A program made the position numbers and the translations under genes. This document shows, piece after piece, positions 21,069 to 32,027 of a stretch of DNA of 64,000 nt. The stretch comes from a bacterium. GTDB lineage: Bacteria; Electryoneota; Electryoneia; Electryoneales; Electryoneaceae. The DNA is taken from positions 5,344,001-5,408,000 of the forward strand of contig OY769902.1 of the NCBI GenBank assembly GCA_963669175.1, written 5' to 3'. A model generated the notes under the pieces. That model was not told the origin of the DNA, did no database searches, and worked only from the letters and a program-made list of their open reading frames with translations. Position 1 is the stretch's first letter; every line of letters begins with the position of its first letter.

Positions 21069-21847
21069 TGCCGCACGTTGCCCCCGAACTGCCCAATACG
21101 CCACCACGCAGGCTGGCAATAACACTGATCATTCGCAGTGTACTGGTCCGGATTCTTACCAGTACACGCCGTATCCAGGGTATTGGCCTTGCCTGGGCTG
21201 TTCTTCCGGCATTGAAAAGGAATTCTCGTGACCGGAAGGATCTGGCTTCGCGTATGCACAGGCATGTCTACCGATGTGAAGTAGATCCGGACACGGCAGG
21301 ACTGCTCATCGGCGCGATTGCTCGTAAGGAAATGCGAGGCCTGGGACACAGCACTCCCAGGATGAAGTCCAGTTACGCTCCCCTGCTGTTCCACCTGGGA
21401 CGTGACCTGATGGACAGAACAGTCAGGCCGTTGCTGCTGGCTTTGGCGATATTGCTCTTGTTGGCATTACCGCAAGACGAGATCACACTTGTAGCTATCA
21501 TAATGGGAATGCTGGTTTTACAGAACACATTTACCTGGACTGCCCGCTTTGCAGGTATCTATTGGGGGTGGGCGCTGGAGGACAAAGCGGCAATCATTTT
21601 CTCTCGTCTGGTCGTTCGTCGATGGACAGAAGGATTGAAATGGGGTGGAGCGGCTGTGACGGGGCTCTTGTTCACCGTGGTCCTTTTCCTTTATAATGCA
21701 GGTGAGCATACAGGTTTTTCTCCAGCGGCAGGACTTGGCATGTTGATCGCCCTGATCGGCAACCGCCGTCTGCATCCCACATTGGGCTTTTTTGCCGCCT
21801 GGATTGTTGGCCTGGTTGTACTGATGACCGGAACTTCCGGATTGTAA
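21068..21847 (+). CDS. PTS mannose-family EIID (divergent)
   Basis: RIQGIGLAWAVLPALKR..RH..P..AGLLIGAI..E..LGRDL..TVRP; TGATG overlap with EIIC. Confidence 0.7.
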   Translation: MPHVAPELPNTPPRRLAITLIIRSVLVRILTSTRRIQGIGLAWAVLPALKRNSRDRKDLASRMHRHVYRCEVDPDTAGLLIGAIARKEMRGLGHSTPRMKSSYAPLLFHLGRDLMDRTVRPLLLALAILLLLALPQDEITLVAIIMGMLVLQNTFTWTARFAGIYWGWALEDKAAIIFSRLVVRRWTEGLKWGGAAVTGLLFTVVLFLYNAGEHTGFSPAAGLGMLIALIGNRRLHPTLGFFAAWIVGLVVLMTGTSGL

Positions 21848-21876
21848 CTCCCAACAACGGAACAAGTGGATACAAC

Positions 21877-22149
21877 GTGCTGGTAGAACGAGTCACATTA
21901 CTGAACAAACTCGGGTTGCACGCGAGGCCTGCCTCGCGGCTGGTGAAAATTGCGGCCCAGTATAAAGAAACGACTGTAGAAGTCGGTTACGGAGCCGAGA
22001 TTATCAATGCGAAATCCATCCTGGGTGTGATGATGCTCGCTGCCGGCCCCGGCACAGAACTGGAAATCAGAGTCGATGGTCCCGAAGAAAAAGAATGCCT
22101 CGCAGAACTGGTTGACCTGGTGAACAAAAAGTTTTTTGAAGACGAGTAA
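21877..22149 (+). CDS. ptsH: Phosphocarrier protein HPr
   Basis: NKLGLHARPAS (His15) and INAKSILGVMMLAA (Ser46). Confidence 0.95.
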   Translation: MLVERVTLLNKLGLHARPASRLVKIAAQYKETTVEVGYGAEIINAKSILGVMMLAAGPGTELEIRVDGPEEKECLAELVDLVNKKFFEDE

Positions 22150-22205
22150 GATACAAATGATGGTATTTCTGTTGAACCGGAATACCAGTTTGAATGTGGA
22201 AAGCC

Positions 22206-23975
22206 ATGGCACGACAACTGAAATACAAGGGACAGGCTGTATCGCCGGGAATCGCATCGGGCCCGGCGGTTTTGTTACGTCGCCAGTTCCGGAAACCCGA
22301 ATGTAAGAAAATTGATCAGGCGAAGGTCGCAAATGAAGTTGAGCGCCTGTATAACGCGATAGACCGTGCGCGGACGGACATCGAAGGACAACGGGAACGC
22401 GCAACGAAGGGACTGGGCGAAACAGTTGCCCGTATCTTCGATGCCCACCTGATGATTCTGGAAGACGAGCCTACCTTCGAAATTGTCATCCAGCAGATCA
22501 ACCAGGACTTGTGCAGCGCGGAAGCCGCCCTGTTCCAGGTGTTTGATGGTTTCGCCAATCGCTTCGAGGCCCAGAAAGAACAGATTTTCAGGGATCGTGC
22601 CCAGGATGTCCGTGAAGTGTGCGGACGTATCCTCGGTCACCTGATCGGACGTTCCACTGACACACTCCTGGATATTGATGAGCCTTCCATCCTGATCGCT
22701 TCTGAGCTGGGACCGTCTGATGTCCTTCAGCTTGATCCGGAACGTATTATTGGCGTCGCTGCCGACAAGGGCGGCGCTACCAGTCACACGGCAATCCTGA
22801 CTCGCGCCCTTGGTGTTCCCAGCGTGGTTGGTCTGCATGATATCACCCGGCAGGCCAAGCCCGGCAATATTGTAGTGGTCAATGGCAATTCCGGAAAGGT
22901 CGTCCTGCGGCCCACTCAGCGAAACCTGGACCGGTACAAGGAAAAGGAAACCCAGTATCGCGCTTTTGTCAGATCATTGCGTGACATCAATGAGCTTCCG
23001 GCTGAGACAAAAGATGGCCGCAAAATTCACCTTGGCGCCAATATTGAATTGCCTGGTGAAGCAAGAAATGTGGCAAGATTTGGTGGTGACGGGATCGGCC
23101 TGTACCGAACGGAATACCTGTTCCTGGCGCAGGACACCGTACCCAGCGAAGAACAACAGGTCAAAGAGTACACGGAAGTTGTCAAGCAGCTTGACGGCAA
23201 ACCGCTTGTCATCAGAACATTTGACCTGGGTGGTGATAAGGTTTTCCCGGCGGCGGGAATTCCCCCGGAAGCGAACCCATTTATGGGTTGGCGTGCCATT
23301 CGAGTCGCGCTTGATCGTCCTGAAATATTTGTAACACAGCTTCGCGCCATTCTCCGCGCTTCCGTGCATGGCCCGATCAAAGTCATGTTCCCCATGATCT
23401 CGGACATGCAGGAACTGAAACTGGCGAAGGGATTATTTGAGGAAGCTAAATCCCAGTTGCGTGACGAGGGAATAGACTACGATCCGGATATGAAAGTCGG
23501 GATCATGATCGAAGTCCCATCAACAGCTATCCTGGCCGATCAGTTCGCAAAAGAAGTTGATTTCTTCTCCATCGGCACCAACGATCTTGCCCAGTTCACA
23601 CTGGCCGTGGACCGTGGGAATGAACAGGTGGCGCATCTTCATACAGTTTATCATCCATCCGTTCTCTTCCTGATAAGCTGGACAGTGGAGGCGGCTCATC
23701 ATCATAATATTCCGGTAGCCCTTTGTGGTGAGTTTGCCGGTGACCCGGCAGCTTCACTTCTCCTGCTGGGCCTGGGATTGGACGAGATCTCGATGAGTCC
23801 GGTCCGCATCCCGGAAATCAAAAAACTGATCCGGTCCGCCACACAGAAAGAAGCCTACGAGATTACGCAGAAAGTTTTAACGTCCAAATCTTCTCGTGAA
23901 GCCCATGACCGCCTGGTGCGGCGCATGAAGCAACGGTTTGCGGAATTACCCATCTGGTTTGGAGGGAAACAGTGA
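22206..23975 (+). CDS. ptsI: PEP-protein phosphotransferase (PTS enzyme I)
   Basis: GGATSHTAIL, GIGLYRTE, RTFDLGGDK, EANPFMGWRAIR, DFFSIGTNDL, CGE. Confidence 0.95.
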   Translation: MARQLKYKGQAVSPGIASGPAVLLRRQFRKPECKKIDQAKVANEVERLYNAIDRARTDIEGQRERATKGLGETVARIFDAHLMILEDEPTFEIVIQQINQDLCSAEAALFQVFDGFANRFEAQKEQIFRDRAQDVREVCGRILGHLIGRSTDTLLDIDEPSILIASELGPSDVLQLDPERIIGVAADKGGATSHTAILTRALGVPSVVGLHDITRQAKPGNIVVVNGNSGKVVLRPTQRNLDRYKEKETQYRAFVRSLRDINELPAETKDGRKIHLGANIELPGEARNVARFGGDGIGLYRTEYLFLAQDTVPSEEQQVKEYTEVVKQLDGKPLVIRTFDLGGDKVFPAAGIPPEANPFMGWRAIRVALDRPEIFVTQLRAILRASVHGPIKVMFPMISDMQELKLAKGLFEEAKSQLRDEGIDYDPDMKVGIMIEVPSTAILADQFAKEVDFFSIGTNDLAQFTLAVDRGNEQVAHLHTVYHPSVLFLISWTVEAAHHHNIPVALCGEFAGDPAASLLLLGLGLDEISMSPVRIPEIKKLIRSATQKEAYEITQKVLTSKSSREAHDRLVRRMKQRFAELPIWFGGKQ

Positions 23976-25012
23976 TGGAGTGGAACGAAACGGTAGATCG
24001 CCACGGCATGCGGCAGAATCTTGAAAGCTGGCCGTTGCAGATAGAACGAAGCTGGAAAGCAGGTTTTGAGTATGGGCAGACAACCCGTACAGAAGCTCCA
24101 TGTGTCCTGATCTGGGCGGGCATGGGTGGCAGCGCCATCGGCGGTGATTACAGCGCCATGCTGGCCAAGGCTTCCGCCCCCTTCCCCATCCTGGTGCATC
24201 GTGGCGGGCCGCTTCCGGCCTGGGTGGGCGAGCATGATCGTATCGTGCTGGTCAGCTTTTCCGGCAATACAGCCGAAACCCTGGATACAGCCGCGCAGGC
24301 AGCCGAACGTGGCTGTAAAATAGACGCGCTGACTTCGGGTGGAAAATTGGGACAGTGGTGCGGAGAACGCGGCATCACGCCGATGAAAGTCGGCGGCGGA
24401 CGCCCTCCCAGGACTGCGCTGGGTGATCTGTTTATTACCTGCCTGGGGATGCTGGCGGGCAGAGGATGGGTGAAAGTAACCCATGAGGACGCCACAGAAG
24501 CGGTCACGATAGCCAACGAGTTGACCTCAACGCTTGGCGCTGTTCCCTCTTCGAGCGATCACCCGCTCCTGGACCTGTTAAACTTTTTCAAAGACCGGCT
24601 TCCAATGATATATGGGACCGGCACTTTACCGGCGGTAGCCAGGCGATGTGCCGGGCAGTTCAACGAGAACGGGAAATGGCCGGCCCATTGGGGTGAGTTG
24701 CCGGAAATGAACCACAATGAAGTGGTGGCTTATGTTCCCGATACGCCCTGGGCGCAGAAAGCGGCGCTGCTGTTCTTTGAAGACCCTGACAGTCCGGAAG
24801 AAGACTTGCTTCGCGTCAAAGTCACCTTGAACCTGGCAGCATCTGTCGGTTTGCCGGGAAAATCGTTACGTCCTGTTTCAGATTCTCCTCTTGCACGAAT
24901 TATAGAATTGACCATCACTGCTGACTGGCTGAGTTACTGGTTTGCCATAGCAAACGGAACAGATCCAACCCCTATTGAACCAATAGACAAACTGAAGGCG
25001 GCATTGGTTTAG
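23972..25012 (+). CDS. Bifunctional phosphoglucose/phosphomannose isomerase (PGI/PMI family)
   Basis: GMGGSAIGG, VSFSGNTAET, TSGGKL, PRTA, QFNENGK, PEMNHNE, DPTPIEPIDKLK. Confidence 0.9.
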   Translation: MMEWNETVDRHGMRQNLESWPLQIERSWKAGFEYGQTTRTEAPCVLIWAGMGGSAIGGDYSAMLAKASAPFPILVHRGGPLPAWVGEHDRIVLVSFSGNTAETLDTAAQAAERGCKIDALTSGGKLGQWCGERGITPMKVGGGRPPRTALGDLFITCLGMLAGRGWVKVTHEDATEAVTIANELTSTLGAVPSSSDHPLLDLLNFFKDRLPMIYGTGTLPAVARRCAGQFNENGKWPAHWGELPEMNHNEVVAYVPDTPWAQKAALLFFEDPDSPEEDLLRVKVTLNLAASVGLPGKSLRPVSDSPLARIIELTITADWLSYWFAIANGTDPTPIEPIDKLKAALV

Positions 25013-25193
25013 ATGAACCTTATTTTTCAGGGTTTGGAGAATTAATTGTAGCGATACTCTTGAACCACGCAGTCACAGACCGTACTATTCAAGATTGGCA
25101 AATTTGGAATTCCTAAGAGCACGGATAGCGCCGCGTCTTTTAGGTTTCAAGCAGAGCTATTCAAGCATTTCACATACGTAAGGAACCGTAAAT

Positions 25194-26336
25194 ATGGCCG
25201 ATTTTCTGTTCTCAAGCGAATCCGTAACGGAAGGGCATCCTGACAAACTGGCCGATCAGTTAAGTGATGCGGTTCTGGATGCCATTCTTTCAGAGGATCC
25301 ATTCGGTCGTGTGGCATGCGAAACATTCGTTACCACGGGCATGGTATTGGTTGGCGGTGAAATTTCGACAACCACCTATGTTGACATTCCATCACTGGTC
25401 AGAGGTGTTGTCAGAGATATCGGGTATACGCATTCTGACTTTGGTTTTGATGCTGACACCTGTGCGGTCATGGCAACGATTGATCAGCAGTCCAGCGATA
25501 TCGCGATGGGTGTAGATAAAGCCGGCGCCGGCGACCAGGGCATTATGTTCGGGTATGCCTGCACAGAGACACCGCAACTAATGCCAATGCCGATCCAGTT
25601 GGCACATCAGCTCACGCGCCGCCTGGCGGAAATTCGTCATAACGGCACCTTGCCGTGGTTGCGCCCGGACGGCAAATCACAGGTTTCCATTCGTTATGCT
25701 GATGACAAACCGGTAGAAGTAACCGCAATCGTTCTGTCTACACAGCATGGCGCTGACGTAAAGCATGCAGACCTGAAAGAAGCTGTCTGGGAACATGTGA
25801 TCAAGCCGGTCATTCCCGCAGACATGTATGATGAGAAGAAACTGATCACCCATATCAATCCGACGGGACGTTTTGTCTTGGGTGGTCCGCATGCTGATGC
25901 CGGGCTAACCGGACGTAAGATCATTGTCGATACGTATGGTGGCTACGCGCCTCATGGTGGTGGTTGCTTCAGCGGCAAGGATCCGACAAAGGTGGACCGT
26001 AGCGCAGCGTATATGTCCCGTTATGCAGCCAAGAATGTTGTGGCGGCAGGACTTGCCGAGCGCTGCACAATTCAGCTTGCTTATGCTATTGGCGTTGCTG
26101 AACCGGTCAGTTTCCTGGTACGTACGGAGGGCACCGGGAAGATCGAAGATGAGCGCATTGCCCAGCTTCTTCTTGATAATCTGAACTTCACTCCCGATGG
26201 CATCATTGAGCACTTGGATCTTCGTCGTCCGATTTATCGTAACACCGCTGCCTATGGGCACTTCGGCCGGGAAGAAAAAGGATTTTCCTGGGAAGACACA
26301 AGTGTGTTGGCGCCCTTGTTGAAGAAAAACGCATAA
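25194..26336 (+). CDS. metK: S-adenosylmethionine synthetase
   Basis: [47 protein letters not shown]. Confidence 0.97.
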   Translation: MADFLFSSESVTEGHPDKLADQLSDAVLDAILSEDPFGRVACETFVTTGMVLVGGEISTTTYVDIPSLVRGVVRDIGYTHSDFGFDADTCAVMATIDQQSSDIAMGVDKAGAGDQGIMFGYACTETPQLMPMPIQLAHQLTRRLAEIRHNGTLPWLRPDGKSQVSIRYADDKPVEVTAIVLSTQHGADVKHADLKEAVWEHVIKPVIPADMYDEKKLITHINPTGRFVLGGPHADAGLTGRKIIVDTYGGYAPHGGGCFSGKDPTKVDRSAAYMSRYAAKNVVAAGLAERCTIQLAYAIGVAEPVSFLVRTEGTGKIEDERIAQLLLDNLNFTPDGIIEHLDLRRPIYRNTAAYGHFGREEKGFSWEDTSVLAPLLKKNA

Positions 26337-26465
26337 AGAGAGAGTCAAAGGCAATACTCGTAGACGGGAATGGACGTTTACGGTTTCCAATATTGAACAC
26401 CATTCATTCGTTGTTGGAATGGTACGAGAATTGCTTGCTAAACCAACAAAGCAGGAGTACAAAGC

Positions 26466-27734
26466 GTGAAACCGACAGATTGTGATGTCAAAGACCTTAA
26501 CCTCGCCGATGAGGGATTGCGCCGCATCCAGTGGGCCGATAATGACATGCCTGTATTACAGAAGGTGCGTGAACGGTTCCGCAAAGAGCAGCCTTTAGAA
26601 GGTCTGCGTATGAGTGCCTGTCTGCATGTAACGGCAGAAACCGCGAACCTGGTTCGCACATTGAAGGCCGGTGGCGCTGATATCGTTCTGTGTGCGTCCA
26701 ATCCGCTGTCTACACAGGATGATGTAGCAGCCTCCCTGGTTCGCGACTATGATATTCGTGTCTACGCGATCCGTGGCATTGACAACGCTGGCTACTACCG
26801 TCATCTGACAGCAGCAGCAGAGCATAAACCGCATGTGACCATGGATGATGGTTGCGATCTGGTTACCCTGATTCACGAGAAATACGCTGACCAGATGAAA
26901 AATATGGTCGGTTCCATGGAAGAAACGACGACGGGTGTGATTCGTCTGCGCGCCATGGAAAAAAGCGGCGTGTTGAAGCTGCCGGTGATTGCAGTCAACG
27001 ACGCCAAGACCAAGAACATGTTTGACAACCGCTATGGCACCGGCCAGTCAACGGTCGATGGCATCATCCGCGCCACAGATATCCTGTTGGCCGGTAAGAC
27101 CGTGGTTGTCCTCGGTTATGGCTGGTGCGGACGTGGCTTCGCCAACCGTTGCCGTGGTATGGGCGCAAATGTGGTCATCACAGAAATTGATCCAATCAAG
27201 GCGCTTGAGGCTGCGATGGACGGCTTCCGTGTCATGCCCATGGAAAAAGCGGCAGAAGTCGGTGACCTGTTCTGCACCCTGACCGGCAACAAGCATGTTA
27301 TCCGTAAAGAGCATTTCGAGAAGATGAAAGATGGGGCCATGGTTGCCAACAGTGGTCACTTCGATGTAGAAATCGACATCCCGGCGTTGCAGTCACTGGC
27401 CGATCATATCAATCTCGGTGTCCGTAACAATGTCGATGAATACACGATGAAGAACACTCATCGCATCTTCCTGCTGGCTAACGGCCGCCTGATCAACCTG
27501 GCTGCCGCTGAAGGTCATCCGGCATCCGTGATGGACATGAGTTTCGCAACACAGGCGCTGTGCAGCGAATTTATGGTCAAGAACGGTGCAAATCTTGAAA
27601 ATAAAGTCTACGATCCGCCTGCCGAGATCGAGGATACGGTCAGCCGTCACAAGCTGGCGTCAATGAATCTCGCCATTGATGAACTGACCGAAGAACAGAT
27701 AAAATATCTGTCCGACTGGCAGGAAGGGACCTGA
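26466..27734 (+). CDS. ahcY: Adenosylhomocysteinase
   Basis: SNPLSTQDDVAA, EETTTG, FDNRYGTGQS, GYGWCGRG, NSGHFDVEI, GRLINL..AEGHP. Confidence 0.97.
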   Translation: MKPTDCDVKDLNLADEGLRRIQWADNDMPVLQKVRERFRKEQPLEGLRMSACLHVTAETANLVRTLKAGGADIVLCASNPLSTQDDVAASLVRDYDIRVYAIRGIDNAGYYRHLTAAAEHKPHVTMDDGCDLVTLIHEKYADQMKNMVGSMEETTTGVIRLRAMEKSGVLKLPVIAVNDAKTKNMFDNRYGTGQSTVDGIIRATDILLAGKTVVVLGYGWCGRGFANRCRGMGANVVITEIDPIKALEAAMDGFRVMPMEKAAEVGDLFCTLTGNKHVIRKEHFEKMKDGAMVANSGHFDVEIDIPALQSLADHINLGVRNNVDEYTMKNTHRIFLLANGRLINLAAAEGHPASVMDMSFATQALCSEFMVKNGANLENKVYDPPAEIEDTVSRHKLASMNLAIDELTEEQIKYLSDWQEGT

Positions 27735-27843
27735 TCCTATTGTGCCGCCCTCGCTACCGGTTCTATTTTACATGTAGCTCTGATGGCCGGGGCGGCGTCT
27801 TTTGTAAAACGTCGGGAGGTCCGGATCGTAGCACGGAGGACTT

Positions 27844-30060
27844 ATGAGTAAGAAACGCATTCGAAAACCGGGTTCCGGCGTTGTGTTGGTGGCCTTCGTG
27901 GCGCTGACCGCTCTCGCCTTTTTGCAGTGTGCCCCAGATATCGGTTTACCCTCCTGGGACATCAAGATGACCCTGCCGTTCAGCCAACAGCGATATGGCC
28001 TTGACAGCCTTATCAGCCGACCTGACGAAGTCGCCGAAGATAACGGCGGCATTGACACGCTGGACGGCGGCATGCTGCGCTTTTTCCACATCGAACCTTT
28101 CGATTCGGTAAATGTAGCAGATTCATTGCTTGAGATGGATACCGAAGACACTACGGACTATCCTGTGATTGTCGGCACGCTGACGATGGATTCAACCGAA
28201 ATGGTGGAATCTCGTATCAGCGCAGCGGCGCTTGTTCCCGGTTTTTCCGGCGATGATTACTACGATTTCACTCCTCTGGTCATTCCTCAGAGCGCACGCG
28301 CATCCGAGATGGATAATTTCGACAGCCTGAGCGTAGCGCATGTTATTGACCCTAACGGTGGAAACCTGTTCCTGCAACTGTACAACAATACAAACCTGAA
28401 CTGGACTGAGGTTGTCGCAGATATTCATATCAACGAAACCGGGTATCCACAAATTGGGACAGTGACTTTTTACAATGTTGGCGCTGGTCAGACACAGGTT
28501 GAATACACCGACCTTTCCGGCGACACGCTTAAAGAATCGCTAATCCTGTTTGTAGAAGGATATGGTAATGATACTACAGGCGTGTATGTCTCATCTGAAA
28601 ATGGCCTGGAGTTTTCGAGTTGGATTAATGATCTTCAGTGCGATTATGTCTATGGCTTCATCGGGAAACAGAATCCTGTCTATGACACAACGATAACCGA
28701 ATTTGAAGATGAAGACAACTGGATTGTTCGCGCCTACGTCGAATACGGCATTATCAATGTGAATGTCCGAAACATGACGAACACGGAAGATTCGGTCTAC
28801 ATTAAGATCCCCAGTTTTGTCAGCGCCGCAGATACGACAGACACATTACAACTTGATTTCTTCCTGGAACCTCTACACGAAGGCCTGGTACGCTCTTCAC
28901 GCGATACTATTCTGTACCTGGAAGACATGTTGATGACCCTGGAGCTTCCTGAAGGCTATGACACGCCAACCCCGGCGAATCAGTCAATTGACTACTTCAG
29001 CAAGGTTGTGGTGCTGGGGGGGGGCAGAGACGCTTTTGGCCGGCGACAGGAAGTTGAGATCCGTAGCGAAGACTCTGTTTTCGCGCAAGTCATTGTTGAA
29101 GAGTTCGATTTTGACTGGCTTTGGGGTGTTGTCAAAGACGAACGTATTGATCTTGACAGCATCGATATTGAGATCAACAGTTTCGAAGACAACGGCGACC
29201 TTCAGCGGGATTTGTCCGGCAACTTCAGATTGGAAGATGCCCAGATCCTGATTGATTTGAGTGGTTCAACGGTAGAATCCCCGGCCAAGCTGGTCATGGA
29301 TGTCACAGCGATCAACACCTACTTGCCAGCCGGTGAGCAGGAGATGACAGAACAATTCATACGTTGGATATCCCCGGGGCAGGACACGGTGTATATCGGC
29401 GGTCCGAATGACGACGATCCGCGAGTTACGCAGCTGATGAACCATCTCCCGAACCAGCTTATGGTCGCAGGGGATGTTCGTATCGGCCGTGATCATCTCA
29501 GCGAGCCGGACAGCCCGTGGGATCCCTACCAGCCTTATCCGCTTCGAAGTGATGATATGGTCGTGGGAAGTGTTATCCTTGAAGCCCCATTACAGTTAAG
29601 TATCGAGAACGGCACCCCTATTCATGCCGAAATTGACAGTATTGGCGAAGGCTTTGAAAGCGGATTACGGTCGATGAATATGAGGGCGGTTGTCTCGAAT
29701 ACAATCCCGCTGGGCGGCCAATTGTACTTGATAGCCGGTAGTTTTGCCAATGAGTCTATCGCGGACAACGCTCTCCAATGGGCGAACGTGTCACAATACC
29801 TCATTGCCGGCCCGGTCAATATCCCGATTCCGGAGATTGATCAGGATACCAGGCGGGCTGTAGAAGCGATCGCTGATACAGTACACCTGGAAGTGGGCGC
29901 TGATGCGATGAGTATACTGACGTCAGACAGCCTGTTCATGCGGCAGATTCTGTACGTTGAACCTACAGACGGTTACATAGCGGCATATGAGTCCGATGCC
30001 ATCAACATCTCCATCATCGCAGAGGTGGAATACCGTGTAAACGAGGAGGATGACGAATGA
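27844..30060 (+). CDS. Large acidic lipoprotein
   Basis: Signal peptide with lipobox-like FLQC; LPSWDIKMTLP N-terminal motif; beta-rich; overlaps the downstream barrel gene. Confidence 0.7.
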   Translation: MSKKRIRKPGSGVVLVAFVALTALAFLQCAPDIGLPSWDIKMTLPFSQQRYGLDSLISRPDEVAEDNGGIDTLDGGMLRFFHIEPFDSVNVADSLLEMDTEDTTDYPVIVGTLTMDSTEMVESRISAAALVPGFSGDDYYDFTPLVIPQSARASEMDNFDSLSVAHVIDPNGGNLFLQLYNNTNLNWTEVVADIHINETGYPQIGTVTFYNVGAGQTQVEYTDLSGDTLKESLILFVEGYGNDTTGVYVSSENGLEFSSWINDLQCDYVYGFIGKQNPVYDTTITEFEDEDNWIVRAYVEYGIINVNVRNMTNTEDSVYIKIPSFVSAADTTDTLQLDFFLEPLHEGLVRSSRDTILYLEDMLMTLELPEGYDTPTPANQSIDYFSKVVVLGGGRDAFGRRQEVEIRSEDSVFAQVIVEEFDFDWLWGVVKDERIDLDSIDIEINSFEDNGDLQRDLSGNFRLEDAQILIDLSGSTVESPAKLVMDVTAINTYLPAGEQEMTEQFIRWISPGQDTVYIGGPNDDDPRVTQLMNHLPNQLMVAGDVRIGRDHLSEPDSPWDPYQPYPLRSDDMVVGSVILEAPLQLSIENGTPIHAEIDSIGEGFESGLRSMNMRAVVSNTIPLGGQLYLIAGSFANESIADNALQWANVSQYLIAGPVNIPIPEIDQDTRRAVEAIADTVHLEVGADAMSILTSDSLFMRQILYVEPTDGYIAAYESDAINISIIAEVEYRVNEEDDE

Positions 30061-31475
30061 GTTGGCGAAAGCCAGGCAGTCTGATACTCCTTACAATACT
30101 GGCTCTTTTCATAATTCTACCTGGTACGGCACAGGCTTTCCGTATCAACCACGCTCGTGCAATCGGGTTTGGTGGATCGCTGGGAACAACGCCGCGAGGT
30201 GTTGAGGTTGTCGGCTGGAATCCGGCCTTTCTGGGGTTGCAGGACAATCCCAGGATGTCCTTCAATACACCCCTGGTGAATGTTGGTTTCCGGATATCCA
30301 ACGATGCTTTCTCGATCAATGAGCTGGAGCAGTATTTCCAGGACGGAAAGCTTCTTGCAAGCTCGGATAAACAGGCCATCCTTGATGAAATCGGCGGTGA
30401 TGCCTTTGAGCTTCGCGGCGGTGCAAATGCCATGATCGGCGGGGTCAGTTTCCCGACAAACCAGGTCAATATGGCTGTGACCATCGATATGATCGCCACA
30501 GGCGACGCCGAGATTGACAAGGATTTTCTTGAATTTGCCCTGTATGGCTACACACTTGATGATGTAGGTGTGGAGAAAGCATTCCATGAAATGCTGCTTG
30601 AAGGTGTTGTTCTTACCCGGTTGGGCCTGACATTCGCCAAACAATTCCAGGAATTTGAGATTCTGGATGCCGAATGGCTGGATGAACTGTCTGCCGGTAT
30701 CAGTTTCTATTACAATTATGGTCTTGAATACGGCAGCATGGATCATTTTGACGGCAGTTATTATGTCCAGGAAGATCCCGATGGCAACATCATGCGGATG
30801 AATGGGCTTGTGCAGCTCATTTCCCCAGACTTCGGGAAGGGTTCCGGTGTTGGACTGGATATGGGTGTTGCCGCGAAGGTTCTGAATCGACGTGGTGTTG
30901 TCGGGTTGAGCCTGCTGAATATTGTTGGTACGGTAAACTGGACGAATATCGAACGGCGCGTATATGGTTTGTCCGTTGATGAAGCGCCGCCTCTTGAAGG
31001 ACTGGATGATTTCAACGATTGGTTCGATGAGAATTTTGAGCCCCTGGACACACTGACCAGCGCTGATGATCATAGCCAGCAATTGCCGAAATATATCCTT
31101 TTGACCGGTGGCTGGTGGTTGCAGGAAGACTGGTTGATTACCGGCACCTATCGCCAGGGTTTAAACCGTGTCGCCGGTGGAACCACAATTCCACGTTTGA
31201 GCGTGGGAACTGAATACATGGTTCACCCCATGGTCCCGATCCGGTGTGGCCTGGGTGTTGGTGGTCGTAGCGGGATTAACTGGGGTATTGGTTCCGGCAT
31301 CCGCTACCGTTGCTGGCAATCGGATATCGGCATCGGGTATGAAAAGGGAATCTTCAACAGCGCCAGCGGGATGTCGTTCGGGATCAGCACGACATTCTTC
31401 TTCGACGCGCCTCCGACCGATCCCTTCAAAACCAATACCTATTGGCAACGTGAAGCGGAACAATCCGGAAAGTAG
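30057..31475 (+). CDS. Outer-membrane beta-barrel protein, DUF5723-like
   Basis: Signal peptide; ARAIGFGG..WNPAFL; GSGVGLDMGV; PRLSVGTEY..PIRCG. Confidence 0.7.
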   Translation: MSWRKPGSLILLTILALFIILPGTAQAFRINHARAIGFGGSLGTTPRGVEVVGWNPAFLGLQDNPRMSFNTPLVNVGFRISNDAFSINELEQYFQDGKLLASSDKQAILDEIGGDAFELRGGANAMIGGVSFPTNQVNMAVTIDMIATGDAEIDKDFLEFALYGYTLDDVGVEKAFHEMLLEGVVLTRLGLTFAKQFQEFEILDAEWLDELSAGISFYYNYGLEYGSMDHFDGSYYVQEDPDGNIMRMNGLVQLISPDFGKGSGVGLDMGVAAKVLNRRGVVGLSLLNIVGTVNWTNIERRVYGLSVDEAPPLEGLDDFNDWFDENFEPLDTLTSADDHSQQLPKYILLTGGWWLQEDWLITGTYRQGLNRVAGGTTIPRLSVGTEYMVHPMVPIRCGLGVGGRSGINWGIGSGIRYRCWQSDIGIGYEKGIFNSASGMSFGISTTFFFDAPPTDPFKTNTYWQREAEQSGK

Positions 31476-31502
31476 ACAATCCTTGCTTTATAGACGTATA
31501 TA

Positions 31503-31531
31503 GCAAACCCTCCTTGATGGAGGGTTTGTTC
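31503..31531 (+). terminator. Intrinsic terminator
   Basis: CAAACCCTCC-TTGAT-GGAGGGTTTG followed by TTCTT. Confidence 0.7.
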
Positions 31532-31548
31532 TTATACATCCGTTGATT

Positions 31549-32027
31549 TTAGCCCGAGTATTTCACCAATGCAATTTCAAATGTGATATTTGATGGAATG
31601 GACTGTACAAGAACCACGGCAGTGGTTCCCTGAATTAGCCCACCGTCCAGCGCCGTCTGTTTGGCGCTCACGGTGGGAATAGGATGTACGCTACTTGCCA
31701 ACCCCGGCAGCGGGTTGCCTGAATATTGCCACCCTATACTCTTGATTATTTTCAGGTTACTCCTTCCGGAGTAAATATATGGTGCGCACTATCTCCCAGG
31801 GTAGCCGCCAAACTGACGGCGGCAGCCCTGGGCTAATACAGGTTGCCCCTGCCGGGGCGGCTGCCGATTCTCAGCTTCATTTTGCCAGCGAAACAGGGAA
31901 TAGACACGATAGGGGATACCGGAGCAAACTGTACCCTGAAAAATGCTGTATGAATCAGTTGTATTGTGTTGACATGAAATGTGTTAAGATGAATATCCAT
32001 GTTTCGTTCATGAAATATTCGGGTTAG
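31549..32027. mobile_element. Putative MITE with imperfect 18-bp terminal inverted repeats, containing a REP-like palindromic element (31700-31858)
   Basis: Left TTAGCCCGAGTATTTCAC versus right ATGAAATATTCGGGTTAG (14/18 inverted match). The same end recurs at 42560-42578. Confidence 0.5.

Noticed and set aside
25013-25193. SAM/SAH riboswitch before metK (or before ahcY)
   Set aside because: One hairpin is present but no SAM-I/II or SAH consensus is recognisable.
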